Source of the DNA: Eledone cirrhosa
Taxonomy: Eukaryota
Length of the DNA stretch: 64,000 nucleotides
NCBI GenBank assembly: GCA_964016885.1
Contig: OZ024741.1
Coordinates: 178,002,001-178,066,000 of the forward strand
Reading direction: 5' to 3'
Below, piece after piece: positions 23,100 to 36,157 of the stretch. Numbering within the stretch: position 1 is the first letter of the stretch; each line of letters begins with the position of its first letter. The notes beneath the pieces are model-generated. The model worked only from the letters and a program-made list of their open reading frames with translations, did no database searches and was not told the origin of the DNA. A program made the position numbers and the translations under genes.

Positions 23100-24000
23100 T
23101 ACATTTCCCTACTAAAGAACCACTATTCCAAATCCTGCCAAATACTACTGCGTTATAATTGAGTTCCCTCATCAGTTGGCTAATTATGGCCCTTTAAACA
23201 TTATGAAGTCTGGTGAAAACCTCTTCAACATGGGGAAATAATTATGTACATGGTGAACCTCAGTTGATAATCCCGTTCAAAGTAGGCTCATGTTGACTTC
23301 TCACTTGACCCAGTGTTCCTTACATTGTTCAAGTTCATCTAGAATCTTCTCTCCGAAGCATTCCACAGTGGCCTCTCCACTCTAGCACGTGGAACCCTTT
23401 CAGCTACATATTAACTTTGGGAACAACCAGCAGACGAGTGACAAAAATGCCTGTCTCTTCATAAAATGTTTAACCGGCAGTAACAAATGAACTGATGCAT
23501 TGTCCTGATGCAGCTCCTAGTTTTGAGGGACTCACATATCCACTCCCTTATACCGATCTGCAAGCTGCATGAGGCAACCTCGGATGACATCGTGGTAATC
23601 TTCCTTAGTAGATTTTAGTTTCTTTGTGCTTATTTGTGATGCTTGTTGAAGCAAGCAGTCAGCATCACCTATGAGATTTACTCCCTATACGTACGTCGGA
23701 GTTGAATATTTCCACTGTGAAGACTAAACTTTTGTTTCTTGGTAATTCTGAAACACCCATTACCCATCGTCAAGAATCAGAGTATTCATGTATTTATGAT
23801 CCTTGGTGGCTGAAATGAAATGTGACAGTTAAGTTGGACCGTATCTCACATGCTGGTTGCCAGGCAGCAACTGACAAACCCGGCGTGCCTACCAAAAATG
23901 AAACATGCATGTGTCTACAACTCGTCAATGTAAATTATCAATTCTATTGACTGTATCCAATAGGCCATGTCCTCTCGAGAAGACAGACAGGCTAGCTATA
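23100..24000 (+). mobile_element. Decayed LINE (RTE-like) RT remnant
   Basis: gatgacatcgtggta (DDIVV) at ~23583, followed by LNI...KTK and YL-type motifs; no ORF. Confidence 0.4.
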
Positions 24001-25789
24001 TGTATATTTGAAAGCGTTGCGCCACAATTGGCGTAAACGTGATCAATGGAGTTTCAAATTAAATAATGACTTGATACGCAAATGTAAATTTTCAGTCCTA
24101 TTGACTCAAAAATTGAACTCAATATCTACAATTCATCTCAAAGACTCAGAAAATCCAATTTCATTTTTACTTAGATTTCCAATACTCTTGAGAAATATGC
24201 ACAAGTCAGTTCAATTCTGACAAATTTAAAATGTTTAGTCTTATGTTAAATTCAATATTTTCCTAATTTTTGTATTTGACACAAAATTCTGGTAGTTCTT
24301 ATAGAGCTCTTTCTTCCCAACTTTGATGCTATTTCAAATTACGTATGTTACGTCACACTTTGTTATACAATAAGAAATATCCCCAACAGCCAGCTGTCAG
24401 ATAATCAGATTGAAATATCAGGAGACTATGATTGGATGTTTTTGAAGCTTGTTTGTATTTACTTACAAAAACTAAAAATGGGGACATACAAATAGAAACG
24501 TACATTGAAAGAAATCTGACAAACATACGGAGGAAAATATGCTCAAATATATATATATATATACATTCATACATACAGCACATAAAATAAATAGCAATAA
24601 ATAAAATGTTGAGACGTGACAATAACATAAATGAAGATAGGTAAAACTATTTGACAGATGAGACACAAGGGAAGAAAAAGGGATTTTTTTTTTAAATGAG
24701 AAAAAAATATTTCTTATTTTACAGAAATTGTAAATATTCCGGAAAAAGCAACTTTTTATATATGTGTAATTTAAAACAGACCTTTTCATATTTACAACGC
24801 ATTTTATTTTCATAAAATAATTCGTTTGGCTTGGTATATATTCTATATGGGTATTAATCTAAAATATGTTCTTCAGTCAAAATGGCAATAGGGTTAAATA
24901 TTCTATATGACAAGGTACATATAATCAATAGTTGATATTACACATATATCTGTATCGTGCAGTAATCAGAGTAAATGACAAAAATCAGTTCTATTTACCT
25001 ATATCAAAGAAACCGAAACGCGGTTATATGTTCAATTCTTCTAGCTTATATCATTTGGGGTTCGATATCTCTAAGAAAACAGTTTGTAAATGAAATAAAA
25101 TCCCATTCCTCTCTCTATTGTTTTAAATTGTTTTAAATTCTTAATTGTATATTGTCGTTCCGTACTCATCAATAAAAAAACTACTCAGTTAATGGATTAA
25201 ATCTCGCTCACTGACATCTCCAAACTGGGATATGCTAAAAACATCCTGGCACAGACGGATCTCATCTCACCCTCTCCTGAATCATGCTGTGGTAAACATC
25301 CCAGGAATTACGACAACGCCTAGTCGGTAAAGTCCAAAAGATCGATTCTCTGGAATACACCCTTGCTCATGTGTTTCCAAAATAATAATATAAGAACATC
25401 AATAACAACAATCTCTCTCGTTTCGAAAGGCTGTTAAAGGATGAATGATGTGGCTACTGTACATACCTTTATAGCTACCAAGTTAGCATATATAGAGACC
25501 AAAGAAATCCCGAACTACATGAGCAGCGATTAAAAAACATATGGAAGTCTATCGACTGAGAAAAGTAGGGGGTAAGGCAGAATTTGATGCCTATCAATGA
25601 GATCGATAGAAAATTAGAAAGCACTTTAGCCCCACTTCCTAGTACTCTAATCAGCTACGTTGAGCATATTTCATTGGTCTGTGATCATTGATATTAGTAT
25701 TTATCTATGTAGCTATCTATCTATCTATTTATCTAACTATATAGCTATCTAAATATCTATCTAATCTAATGTCTGTCTTAAGCCAGAAG

Positions 25790-26045
25790 GCTCATTTGGC
25801 TGGTGCTTATCCTAGTTTCATGGCGTGGGGCGACTGAAAGTATAAGACTCCCCCCTGGACAGGACGCCAGTTCATCGCACTGTTAAACCTCCAGCTATTG
25901 CTGGTATTCATTTTCAGCTGAGTATACTGGATCAACGTGAAATGAATTATTTTGCTCAAGAACACAACACACAATCCAGAAATCGAAACCACGATGTATG
26001 ATTGTAAGTCTAATACCCTTACCAGTAGGCGACGTGCCTCCACCT
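25790..26045 (-). mobile_element. tRNA-derived SINE family B inserted in (CTAT)n
   Basis: Minus strand has a tRNA-like head (ggcacgtcgcctactggtaaggg...ggtttcgatttc), then ttcttgagcaa...tttcacgttgatccagtatactcagctg, a conserved-domain-like block. Confidence 0.7.
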
Positions 26046-26199
26046 AACTATTTATATCTGTCTATCTATCTAGCTAGCTAGATATCCAACTGTCATACTA
26101 TCTAACTATCTATATATCTATCTATATATCAATCTATATAGCCATCTATTTATGTATCTCTATCTCTTCACGGAGGTGCATCCTCTCGAAGTGGAGAGA

Positions 26200-27510
26200 A
26201 TATTATACTGATTTCCTAAAGCTGATCAAATCTCCTGATGTATACTAGGTTCATTTTGGAGCGTTGACTATTTTTTGTGGCTGATGTCACAAGAGCAGTT
26301 AAAGAGCTCAAATATGGCGAGAGCGCTGGGGGAGATTATTCCGGCTCGTGATGTAAAAAGCCTTAAATAGAGAAGGTAATCTCTTGCTGACTCGCATGTG
26401 CTGGGTAGACCGGATGTCTGGAAAGGCACCTAAACAATGGTAATCAAGAGTGGTAATCCCAATTTTCGGAAAGGGATACTAAAGAGATTTGTTTCCAATT
26501 ACAGAGGGTTATCCTTGTTAGATTTCCCCGGCTAAGTGTCTGACAACGAGAAGTAGGGAAATTGTCGTGCCCCTATTAGCTGGTATACAATGCAGCTTTC
26601 ACTCCGGACGCAGCACAGCCGAGTAAATATGTGGGAGTTCGACTTACCATGGGTGCGTGCTCTCACCACTTCTGTTCAGTATTCTTATGAACAGGATTTA
26701 GATGCGCAGCTCGGTTGGAAGTGGTCTCACGACTAACAGGTGTAAAGTCAGTCGGCTGGAATGTGCAGACCACTTGGTATTACTTAATGTGACAGAAGGT
26801 GATCACTGACATGCACTTCATAGGATTAATGCCAAATGCTCCCTGGCTGGAATGAAAATCAGTGCGGCGAAAACTGAAAACTCGTCCTCTCAAGGAAGCC
26901 TGTGCAATGCAGTCTACGTGTAACTTGATTTCCACATAAGCAGATGGAGATGTTCAAGTATCTCAGAGTCGTGTTCGTGATGAAGGCAGGTGGATTAATT
27001 CAGTGTAAGAATTGCAGGAGTACGTGAAGTAATGCGTCAGCCTCATCATTCGCTAGAAGGGAGGTAGGTATAACGGACAAACTTGTTAATTTTCATTCGT
27101 ACTGATCCCTAGGAATGGTCATGAATCTGAGGAAATGACCAGAGGAATGCGATTGTGGATACACGCGGCCGAAATGGGGCTCCTCCGAAGGGTCTTTGGA
27201 GTAATAGTACTTGATAGTGTGCGTAGCTCGGAGGTCAGAGAAACACTCCATATAGAGCCACTACTTCTCCAAATTTAGAGAGCACAGCACTGATACTACG
27301 ATCATAAGGTTAGAATATCACAAGAAAGAATCGCTGGACAAATTTCACAGGCAAATCAACCCAAGGGAGACAGAGAGTTAGACCCCGAGTAAGATGGTTA
27401 GAAAACATCCACAATCTTGGCTGGTCACGCTTGAAGGTTATGCCAGATCAGTTGGAACGGTAGCTTCTGACAGGGCCCGCTCGCGAAAAAGTGGGCGAAC
27501 AAGAAGAGGA
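26200..27510 (+). mobile_element. Decayed RTE-clade LINE (RT and 3' end)
   Basis: NYRGLSLL (26498), GRSTA, ADHLVL, FKYL and AAEMGLLRR motifs in order; same family as 53400-55560. Confidence 0.75.
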
Positions 27511-27616
27511 TATATATATATATAACGAAGGAAATGTGGTAAGGAACCAGATGGACCATAACGCACCAAAGTACTCAATACTTAGGGTAGTAGAGTGGGT
27601 AATAGGAACAAGTACG

Positions 27617-27712
27617 ACCCCGACGGCAGAGCTCAAGCCGTTTCGACGACTATTTCTGGACTAAATAAGAATTATTAGCCTGGTAAATAAATAGCCGAAC
27701 TTCTCAGGGGGT
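27617..27712 (-). ncRNA. Variant hammerhead-like motif (CUGAGAA core) in left pLTR
   Basis: acccc-CTGAGAA-gttcggcta...tagtcgtc-GAAA-cggc(ttgagctct)gccg-TC-ggggt. Confidence 0.6.
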
Positions 27713-28659
27713 AATTCCTTACATGGGAAGATAGTAATTGTCAAAAGGATTGGTCAAAAATGTGTTGTAAAGAGAGATGATTCTATCATGGCAGTTAGTG
27801 GGAGGTAGGGGTAGCTGAACTTACCGGTAGAACAAACAGGGAGTGGGGGAAACCCAGGCAAGCGTTGAAAGTGAAATCTATACAGCAGATTCTAAGGATA
27901 GTGTATAGAAGGTCGAAGAAAGTGAACTGGAGAAGGGGAGGGGGTAGTTCAAAGAATAGATAAATCGAAAGGGAGTAAACAAAAACCATTATAAAATTGA
28001 GGAAATAAATATATTAAAAAAACAATTTCTGGTTACTACTCTATCCCCACAATCACCAAATCTCTCATTGGTATTGCTAAGCTATAGAAAAGTTTAATAG
28101 GTGGAGAAAAATTCTAAATACGAGATTGTAGTGAAATAATTTTATAAAGCCGGTTTTACAGGGGTCTAACACCACTGCTATAGTTAGTAGTAATCAGCCA
28201 ATGCTATCTTACAATGACAGGTTAATAAGTTGAGAATAAACATACTAAAATACTACTACAAAAATAATAATACGAAATATTAATTTAGAATACTAATGCA
28301 TAAATACTAATACAAGAATACTAATACAAAAATACCACTAAGAAATTTAGAAATCACGGAAATGGAGCAGCAACAGAAAGATGACAATTTACTGGGGTCT
28401 AACACATCTGCTATAAAAAGCGTAATCGGCCAATTCTATCTTAAATTTAGAGAGGTGGGGGTACTGAGGCTATACAGGACCGATGGGCTGCATCGGGGGG
28501 GGGGGGAGAGGAAAAAAAAGACAAGGAAGGAGATCTGAGGTGGAAGGACTACGAAGAGATGGGTGGAAGAAGGAAATATAGAGGAAAAGATAAAAATGTT
28601 ACGTCCACCTTTGTAAGCATGGGTTACCCCTTACAAAATCCACAAGTGGGGTGTTTCCA

Positions 28660-30583
28660 CCCTTGTCTACCACCGGGTCATTATGGGGTTTGAGAGCGAG
28701 GTAAGTCCTACGCAATCTGTGTTTGCATGCAGTTACCTGTTCGTCTTTCTTTTTTAGGAGATGGTCCTTCGAAAACAGCATTTGTAATGTTTCCTCCGAG
28801 CATAAATTACACGGACGGCGTCTTCCCGTGTAAGAGTTAGCTTTTGGACAGTAAGCTCCAAGTGAGATTGTAGGTTATATTATTATCTTTGTGATCCCAG
28901 ATGTGGCCCAAAAGTGTAGTGGCATGACGCCGGGCCGGGTTTCGGAAAGTATGTCTGTGTAGGTAGAGCCGGGTCTTGAAGTCACAACCGGTTAATCCTA
29001 TATAAGCTTTGTTGGAGGTGTCCGTCCTCACGTTTTACTGGTAGATCACATTACGATATCGGCATCTGTTGTTGAGGGGGAAAAGGAGTCTATCAGGACA
29101 GTTACACCTCATGGTCGGCTCTCCACTGCTGTCTAGGTTATTCCTTCGAGAGGGGTGGAGTTTTTTGTTGTTAGTGGAGCCGATGTTTTCTGCGAAGTTA
29201 GATATTGGTGTTGTAGGAGAGTTTGATGGTGTTTTTGTTGATTATGTTGTGGTAGCGGTGTTGTAGTGGGAAGTGTTTTTCGATGAGCCTATAGAAGATT
29301 CTCCCGATACGTGTTGTCACCTCGGTATTGTGGGGAGGATTGCACCACGTTACGTTGCGTGAGCGGCCGTGTCGCCTGCTGGTTCCGCTAATGGAAGCTG
29401 GATAATTGGATATTTCCTCCCGGAAGCCACTCCGCTTGAGGGCCTGGTTGTAATAAGGCGCATGTTCATCGAATATCTGCTCAGTAGCGGACAAACGAGA
29501 TATGCGGAGGGAGATGTTTTTAACCAGGTTATTGGTGATGTTTCTAGGATTGTTCGACCGGCGGTGGATGTAATGCAGGTTGTCATTTTGTTTCCTGTAT
29601 GGGTAGTACAGATCATTATCGAGGTTAAGGGTAACATCCAGGAAGTTTACTCGGGTTAGGGACGTTTGTAGGGTTATTTTAAATCCACAGTCTCGGAAGA
29701 AGCTGATTAATTGTTTACGGACCCGGTCTGTACTACTGGGGTTGTACCCTTTGAGAGTAAAGAGCCCATCATCACGGTACAAACCATCGCCGATTGCAGG
29801 AAACATTTCGGTGAGTTTAAATAGTAGGAATAATCCTATAAGATCTGTTACCTCAGTCGAATCCGTCGCGCCCATACTGACGTCGAAGGGGGAGTCAGGG
29901 GCTCTCTTTATCCATTTGGAGTTGTCGAAAAGTAGGACTGACTTCCAGGCGTGGAGGATGATATTTCTTTCCTGGTCGGTGATGGGCGTGAGTCTTTCGG
30001 CAAATAAAGGAGCCTAAGTTAATTGATGCATAGTAACTCTCTATGTCAAACTGGATGAATTTTGTGTCTCGTTTGTCCTCCATATTGCTGAACCATGAGA
30101 TTACTTCCTGGGTGTTGACCCACAGGCTAAGTCTCGCGTTTTGTTTAACTTTTGGTATAAAGCGGTCTAGGATATTTTTACTGATTCTCCCTATGTCGGA
30201 CTTCGTTGGGTTTATAAGCCTGATGGATGGTTTACGGTCGAAGTCGGATTTGTGGTCCTTCAATAAGAAGTAGGGATCCGTGGGTTACGGGGTTCAGTGC
30301 GGATTGCGAACCCCGAGGCTGGAGGTAATTTGTTGTCCATTTCGATTTATGTTCTCGATACTTGAATGGTTAGCCTTTTATAGGTGGAGTTTAGGCTGCT
30401 CCTGATCAGTGTGTGGTATCTGTCGGGGTTGACGAAGTAGAGGTTTCCAGTTTTGTCCGAGTGCACCATGATGTCGTTGGTGTTTTCATACTCTGTTAAT
30501 TTGCTACGGAGTTTTTGTAGGAATCTGTTGTGTCTGGGTTTGAATTTAATGCTCTTGACCAGTTGGAAAAGGTTATTCTCAAG
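28660..30583 (-). pseudogene. PLE RT + GIY-YIG, left arm (frameshifted, lacks the first ~75 codons)
   Basis: SDKT, RLINPTKSDIG, FIQFDIESYY, MGA, GLYRDDGL, VNFLDVTL, YPYRK, YIGL across ORFs 30347-30637, 29895-30263, 29198-29875 and 28837-29031. Confidence 0.92.
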
Positions 30584-30599
30584 TTCCTTCACCCGCACC

Positions 30600-32767
30600 A
30601 TGCGAAAATACAACATCGATTTCTCCACCAAGAACATTCCAGTTTCACCGAGAAAACTTTACCTTCGGATGCTCACGCAAAAAATAGACCTCTTAGCGAA
30701 AAGACTAAGGTGGAGAACTTTTTTCTACGACAGATATTGCGACAATCAGGTCTTCGATACCAAGGAGTGATTCGGATTTAATACCTACAAATCTCTCCCA
30801 CCGAACCCTATGCTCTCACCCTTCGAGAATGACCTTTTCCAACTGGTCAAGAGCATTAAATTCAAACCCAGACACAACAGATTCATACAAAAATTCCGTA
30901 GCAAATTAACCGAGTATGAAACACCAACGACATCATGGTGCACTCGGACTAAACTGGAACCTCTACTTCGTCAACCCCGACAGATACCACACACTGATCA
31001 GGAGCAGCTTAAACTCCACCTATAAAACGCTAACCATTCAAGTATCGAGGACATAAATCGAGATGGACAACAATTTACCTCCAGCCTCGGGGTCGCCGAC
31101 TACACTGAACCCCGTAACCCACGGACTCCCTACTTCACACTGAAGGAACACAAATCCGACTTTGACCGTAAACCATCCATCAGGCTTATAAACCCAACGA
31201 AGTCCGACATAGGGAGAATCGGTAAAAAAAACTCCTAGACCGCGTTATACCAAACGTTAAGCAAAACGCGTGACTTAGCCTATGGGTCAACACCCAGGAA
31301 GTAATCTCATGGTTCAGCAATATGGAGGACAAACGAGACACAAAATTCATCCAGTTTGACATAGAGAGTTACTATGCATCAATTACCTTACCGCTGCTTA
31401 CGGCCGCCTTGGACTTTGCTGAAACATTCAGGCCCATCACCGACGAGGAAAGAAATATCATCCTCCACGCCAGGAAGACAGTCCTACTTTTTGACAACTC
31501 CAAATGGAATTAAGAGAGCTTTTGACTCCCCCTTCGACGTCAGTAAGGGCTCGACGGATTCGGCTGAGGTCACAGATCTTATAGGATTATTCCTACTATT
31601 TAAACTCACCAAAATATTTCCTGCATTCGGCGGTGGATTGTACCGTAATGATGGACTCCTTACCCTCAAAGGGTACAACCCCAGTAGTACAGACTGGGTT
31701 CGTAAACAATTCATCAGCTTCTTCCGCGACTGGGGATTTAAAATAACCCTACAAACGTACCTATTTCGAGTAAACTTCCTGGATGTTACCCTTAACCTCG
31801 ATAATGAGCTGTACTACCCATACAGGAAACCAAATGACAACCTGCATTACATCCACCGCCTGTCGAACAATCCTAGAAACATCGCCAATAACCTGATTAA
31901 AAACATCTCCCTCCGCATATCTCGTCTAGTTTGTCCGCTAATGAGCAGATATTCGACGAATATGCGCCTTATTACAACCAGGCCCTCAAGCGGAGTGGCT
32001 TCCGGGAGGAAATATCATATTATCCAGCTTCCATTGGCGGAACCAGCAGGCGAAACCGCCGCTCACGCAACGTAACGTGGTGCAATCCTCCCCACGATGC
32101 CGTGGTGACAACATGTATCGGGAGAATATTCTTTAGACTCATCGAAAAACACTTCCCACTACAACACCGCTACCACAACATAATCAACAAAAGCACCATC
32201 AAACTCTCCTACAGCACCACAGCTAACATCGCAAAAACATCGTCTCTTCTAACAACAACAAATTAAACACCTATGGAAGAAATGACCTAGACAGCAGTGG
32301 AGAGCCGACCAGGAGGTGTAACTGTCCTGATAGATCTCTTTGCCCCCTCAACAACAGATGCCGAGATCGCAATGTGATCTACCAGTGCAACGTGAGGACG
32401 GATACCTCCAACAAAGCTTATATAGGATTAACCGGTTGTGACTTCAAGACGTGGCTCTACATACACAGACATACCCTCCAAAACCCGGCCCGGCGTCATG
32501 CCACTACACTTTCGGGCCACATCTGGGATCTCAAAGATAATAATATAACCTACAATCTCATTTGGAGCTTATAGTCCAAAAGCTAACTCTTACACGGGAA
32601 GACGCCGTCCGTGTAACTTATGCTCGGAGGAAACATTACAAATGGTGTTGTTGAAGGACCAACTCCTAAACAAGAAAGACGAACAGGTAACTGCATGCAA
32701 ACACAGATTGCGTATGACTAACCTCGCCCTCAAACCCCACAATGACCCGGTGGTAGACAAGGGCTGA
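30600..32767 (+). pseudogene. PLE RT + GIY-YIG, right arm, complete from ATG but with stops and frameshifts
   Basis: Starts MRKYNIDFSTKNIPVSP...KRLRWRTFF, then FIQFDIESYY, GLYRNDGL, VNFLDVTL, CNC..CP..C, IYQC..YIG, CNLC. Confidence 0.92.
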
Positions 32768-33727
32768 AATACACCACTTGCAGATTTTGTAAGAGGTAAC
32801 CCATGCTTACAAAGGTGGACGTAACTTTTTTCATCTTTTCCTCTATATTTCCTTCTTTCCCCCATCTCTTCCTAGTCCTTCCACTCCAGATCTCCTTCCT
32901 TGTCTTTTTTTTCATCTTTTCGCCCACCCCGATGCAGCCCATCCGTCCTGTATAGCCTCAGTACCCCCACCCCTCTAATTTTAAGATAGAATTTGCCGAT
33001 TACGCTTTTTATAGCAGATGTGTTAGACCCCAGTAAATTGTCTTCTTTCTGGTTGCTGCTCCATTTCCGTGATTTCTAAATTTCTTAGTGGTATTTTTGT
33101 ATTAGTATTCTTGTATTAGCATTTTTGCATTAGTATTCTAAATTAATATTTCGTATTAGTATTTTTGTAGTAGTATATTAGTATGTTTGTTCTCAACTTA
33201 TTAACCTATCATTGTAAGATAGCATTGGCTGATTACTACTAACTATAGCAGTGGTGTTAGACCCCTGTAAAACCGGCTTTATAAAATTATTTCACTACAA
33301 TCTCGTATTTAGTATTTTTCTTCACCTATTAAACTTTTCTATAGCTTAGCAATACCAATGAGAAATTTGGTGATTGTGGAGATGGAGTAGTAACCAGAAA
33401 TTGTTTTTTTAATATATTTATTTCCTCATTTTTATAATGGTTTTTGTTTACTCCCTTTCGATTTACCTATTCTTTGAACTACCTACCCCCCCCCCCCCCC
33501 TTCCCTTCTTCAGTTCACTTTTTTCGACCTTCTATACACTATCCTTAGAATCTAATGTATAGATTTCACTTTCAACGCTTGCCTGGGTTTCCCCCACTCC
33601 CTCTTTGTTCTACCGGTAAGTTCAGCTACCCCTACCTCCCACTAATTGCCATGATAGAATCATCTGTCTTTACAACAACATGTTGACCAATCCTTTTGAC
33701 AATTACTATCTTCCCATGTAAGGAATT

Positions 33728-33823
33728 ACCCTCTGAGAAGTTCGGCTATTTATTTACCAGGCTAAAAATTCTTATTTAGTCCAGAATTAGCCGTCAAAAC
33801 GGCTTGAACTCTGCCATCGGGGT
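33728..33823 (+). ncRNA. Decayed hammerhead-like motif in right pLTR
   Basis: CTGAGAA core retained but GAAA>AAAA and GUC>AUC; probably inactive. Confidence 0.45.
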
Positions 33824-34035
33824 CATACTTGTTCCTATATATATATATAGAGAGAGAGAGATTAGAGCAAAAATCACGAGCACTCTATCTAAAAATTATT
33901 TTAGAAAAGCCTCAGAAATGCGCAACCGGTAAAAACTTAATACTAAAACTGAATACTTATTACTCATTTATACTTATTCCTAATTAAACTATTTTTCACT
34001 GGGAAAACATTTTCAGCATTTTCTTTTCCTTTTTA

Positions 34036-34078
<43 letters not shown>

Positions 34079-34084
34079 TCGGTG

Positions 34085-35810
34085 TATAAGGATGCGATTC
34101 ACTTCTAGAACTCGGCCACATATTACTTCCTAAAAATCTGTATAACGGCATATGTTTATAAAGAAGAAAATGCGAAGTTGAAGATGTTAGGGTTTTTTTT
34201 TATTAATTGAGCAAAAATTGATTAAGGTGTAACATTTTCGAGACAATTCTAGGTGGAATGGAGCGGACTAAAACAATGTGAATATTCATGCTTTGAGTGT
34301 CCGCTCCCTTCTAACTTTCAGACCATCATTACATCCCTGTGTTATTACTGGGTGTGGGTGGCTGACCACTCAACTACAACCGTGAATACCACCAACCTTA
34401 TTTGTTCTCTCTAGCTAGCAGTCTCTCACCAGTGGGAGTTCAAACAAGGTAAAATTTATTTACTGCTAGCTTTGGTGACCCGCAGACATTTAGGGCATTC
34501 GTACCCGCTACCCGTTTATGGCGCGATGATATATAGACCATCAACCCCAAATTGAGAAAGTTACCTACTACTATGGTGAATATAACTCATCACCTCATAG
34601 AAAATAACCAGAAACCCTAAGAATTTCTAAATTTCAGATGTTAAGCGTTAAAAGATAGAAGTCCAGGAAACCAGACAGCATTCAATATGCTAACAGGTGT
34701 AATGTATATTCGTATTCGGGATTGGGTGCAGAGCTGGATATTAACTTGTTATGACTTCCCATGGAAAAAACGTGCCTCTTGTGAACGACAGGTAATATTT
34801 AAATTATCTAATGTAACGAATATAAAAATTAAACAATCTTGTAGTTGGTATATGGTCAATCCGGTGGAGACAAATAATACATTGATGATTTAAGGAAAAA
34901 TGTAAGAGGAGGTACAAATGAGTAAGGATAAACGGGAAAAATGGGATTATAAAGAGAATAAAGGAAAAAAATATAAATATATAAAGGTAAAAAATAATTA
35001 TAGAGAGAATAAATGAGAGGAAATGCGGGACACAAATTGCAGGGAAAAATCCGTTATAAATGTCTGATGGGGGCGAGTTATAGAGAATCAGTTATATTCA
35101 CAGTGTTTCGGGTGTTTTGGTCTGTGCAGTTGCAGCCGTGTGAACCTGGCAGGATGTCCGTGGCTATATAAAGCAGGGTGGGACACGGCAAGAGAACTTC
35201 TTTCCAGAGTATTGCATGGATAATAAGAGGTAGTTGTTGCTTTTGGTTTCCTCATTAATCAGTTCGAAGGTTGTCCAATAGTAAATTCCCGTCACCATTA
35301 GGTGTATCCAACAGTTGGGGTATCCCGGGGTATAGTCTGCCTTACTTCATCAGATTGCGCTCAGAAAGCGTTCAACATAGGGAGCTAGATACATTCGTTA
35401 TATAAGGATGCAATACACTTCTAGCACTCGACGTCATATTACTTCCTAAAAACAAGGATGCCGGAGTATATTAATGAAGAGCAAAATGCGAATTTGAAGG
35501 TGTTACGATCCTTTATTTATTGAGCCGTTATACATATTTCAATGAAGCGAAGTATCGGGATTTCTTCAGACAGCGAGAAGCACGTGTATTAGAAACCGAG
35601 GTGAAATAAAAGCTGTCAATCTCAGCTACTGGACTTAAGAACGAGTGGTAGGGTGATGGGGATGTAGGTGAGAGGGAAAGGAAGGCGAGTGTTGTGAGGG
35701 CGCTGGTGAGGTAAGAGGGCTGCGGTACGGTAGTTTTCACGGGCGCGGGTGAGAGCAGCTTGGATCAGGGTGGGGGGATATCCACGCGAGATGAAGTGGG
35801 AAGCCATGTG
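34085..35810 (-). mobile_element. Third PLE family remnant with tandem (direct) terminal repeats
   Basis: The tataaggatgc...cacttctag...catattacttcctaaaaa block is repeated at ~34085 and ~35402. ORF 35622-35807 (FISRGYPPTLIQAALTRAR...RLPFPLTY) resembles the PLE RT thumb/linker. Confidence 0.65.
35524..35574 (-). ncRNA. Minimal type I hammerhead-like motif of PLE terminal repeat
   Basis: gctgt-CTGAAGA-aat...att-GAAA-tatgta-TA-acggc. Confidence 0.55.
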
Positions 35811-35815
35811 AAGGG

Positions 35816-35816
<1 letters not shown>

Positions 35817-35880
<64 letters not shown>
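35817..35880. repeat. (GATA)n microsatellite
   Basis: Direct reading. Confidence 0.97.
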
Positions 35881-35881
<1 letters not shown>

Positions 35882-35970
35882 TGTTTATCCCCGGTTCAAT
35901 CGGGGGGTAACCACAACAAGTAAGGTATTCAATACATAGCAGAGTATAAATAGGTAATATAGAAATGTGT

Positions 35971-36080
35971 CCTACGGGACTAGAACTGTTTCATTCGGAG
36001 AAAATTATCAGGACAGCCATATCACATTGACAGTCAGTATTCAATGATTTCCTCCGAATAAAACAGTTCTAGCCCTGTAG
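35971..36080. repeat. Short inverted repeat with minimal hammerhead-like remnants
   Basis: ctacgggactagaactgtttcattcggagaaaattat pairs with atgatttcctccgaataaaacagttctagccctgtag. Confidence 0.65.
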
Positions 36081-36085
36081 AAGCC

Positions 36086-36154
<69 letters not shown>

Positions 36155-36157
<3 letters not shown>

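Larger units (their letters stand above)
27525..33835. mobile_element. 6.3-kb palindrome of two head-to-head Naiad-like Penelope elements
   Basis: Left arm 27605-30583 is the reverse complement of right arm 30821-33835. Unique spacer 30584-30820 carries the ORF start. The 80-nt tail (27525-27604) is on the left only; TA on both sides. Confidence 0.95.

Noticed and set aside
30760-31280. In-frame TGA codons (30768, 31271) as selenocysteine
   Set aside because: They are not at conserved Cys positions. The left arm has AGA at the second site, and the copy has other disabling mutations.
27525-33835. Palindrome as a sequencing/assembly fold-back artefact
   Set aside because: The arms differ by many substitutions and indels and have asymmetric ends matching an independent copy. 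The near-identical arms at 15567-18253 still merit read confirmation.
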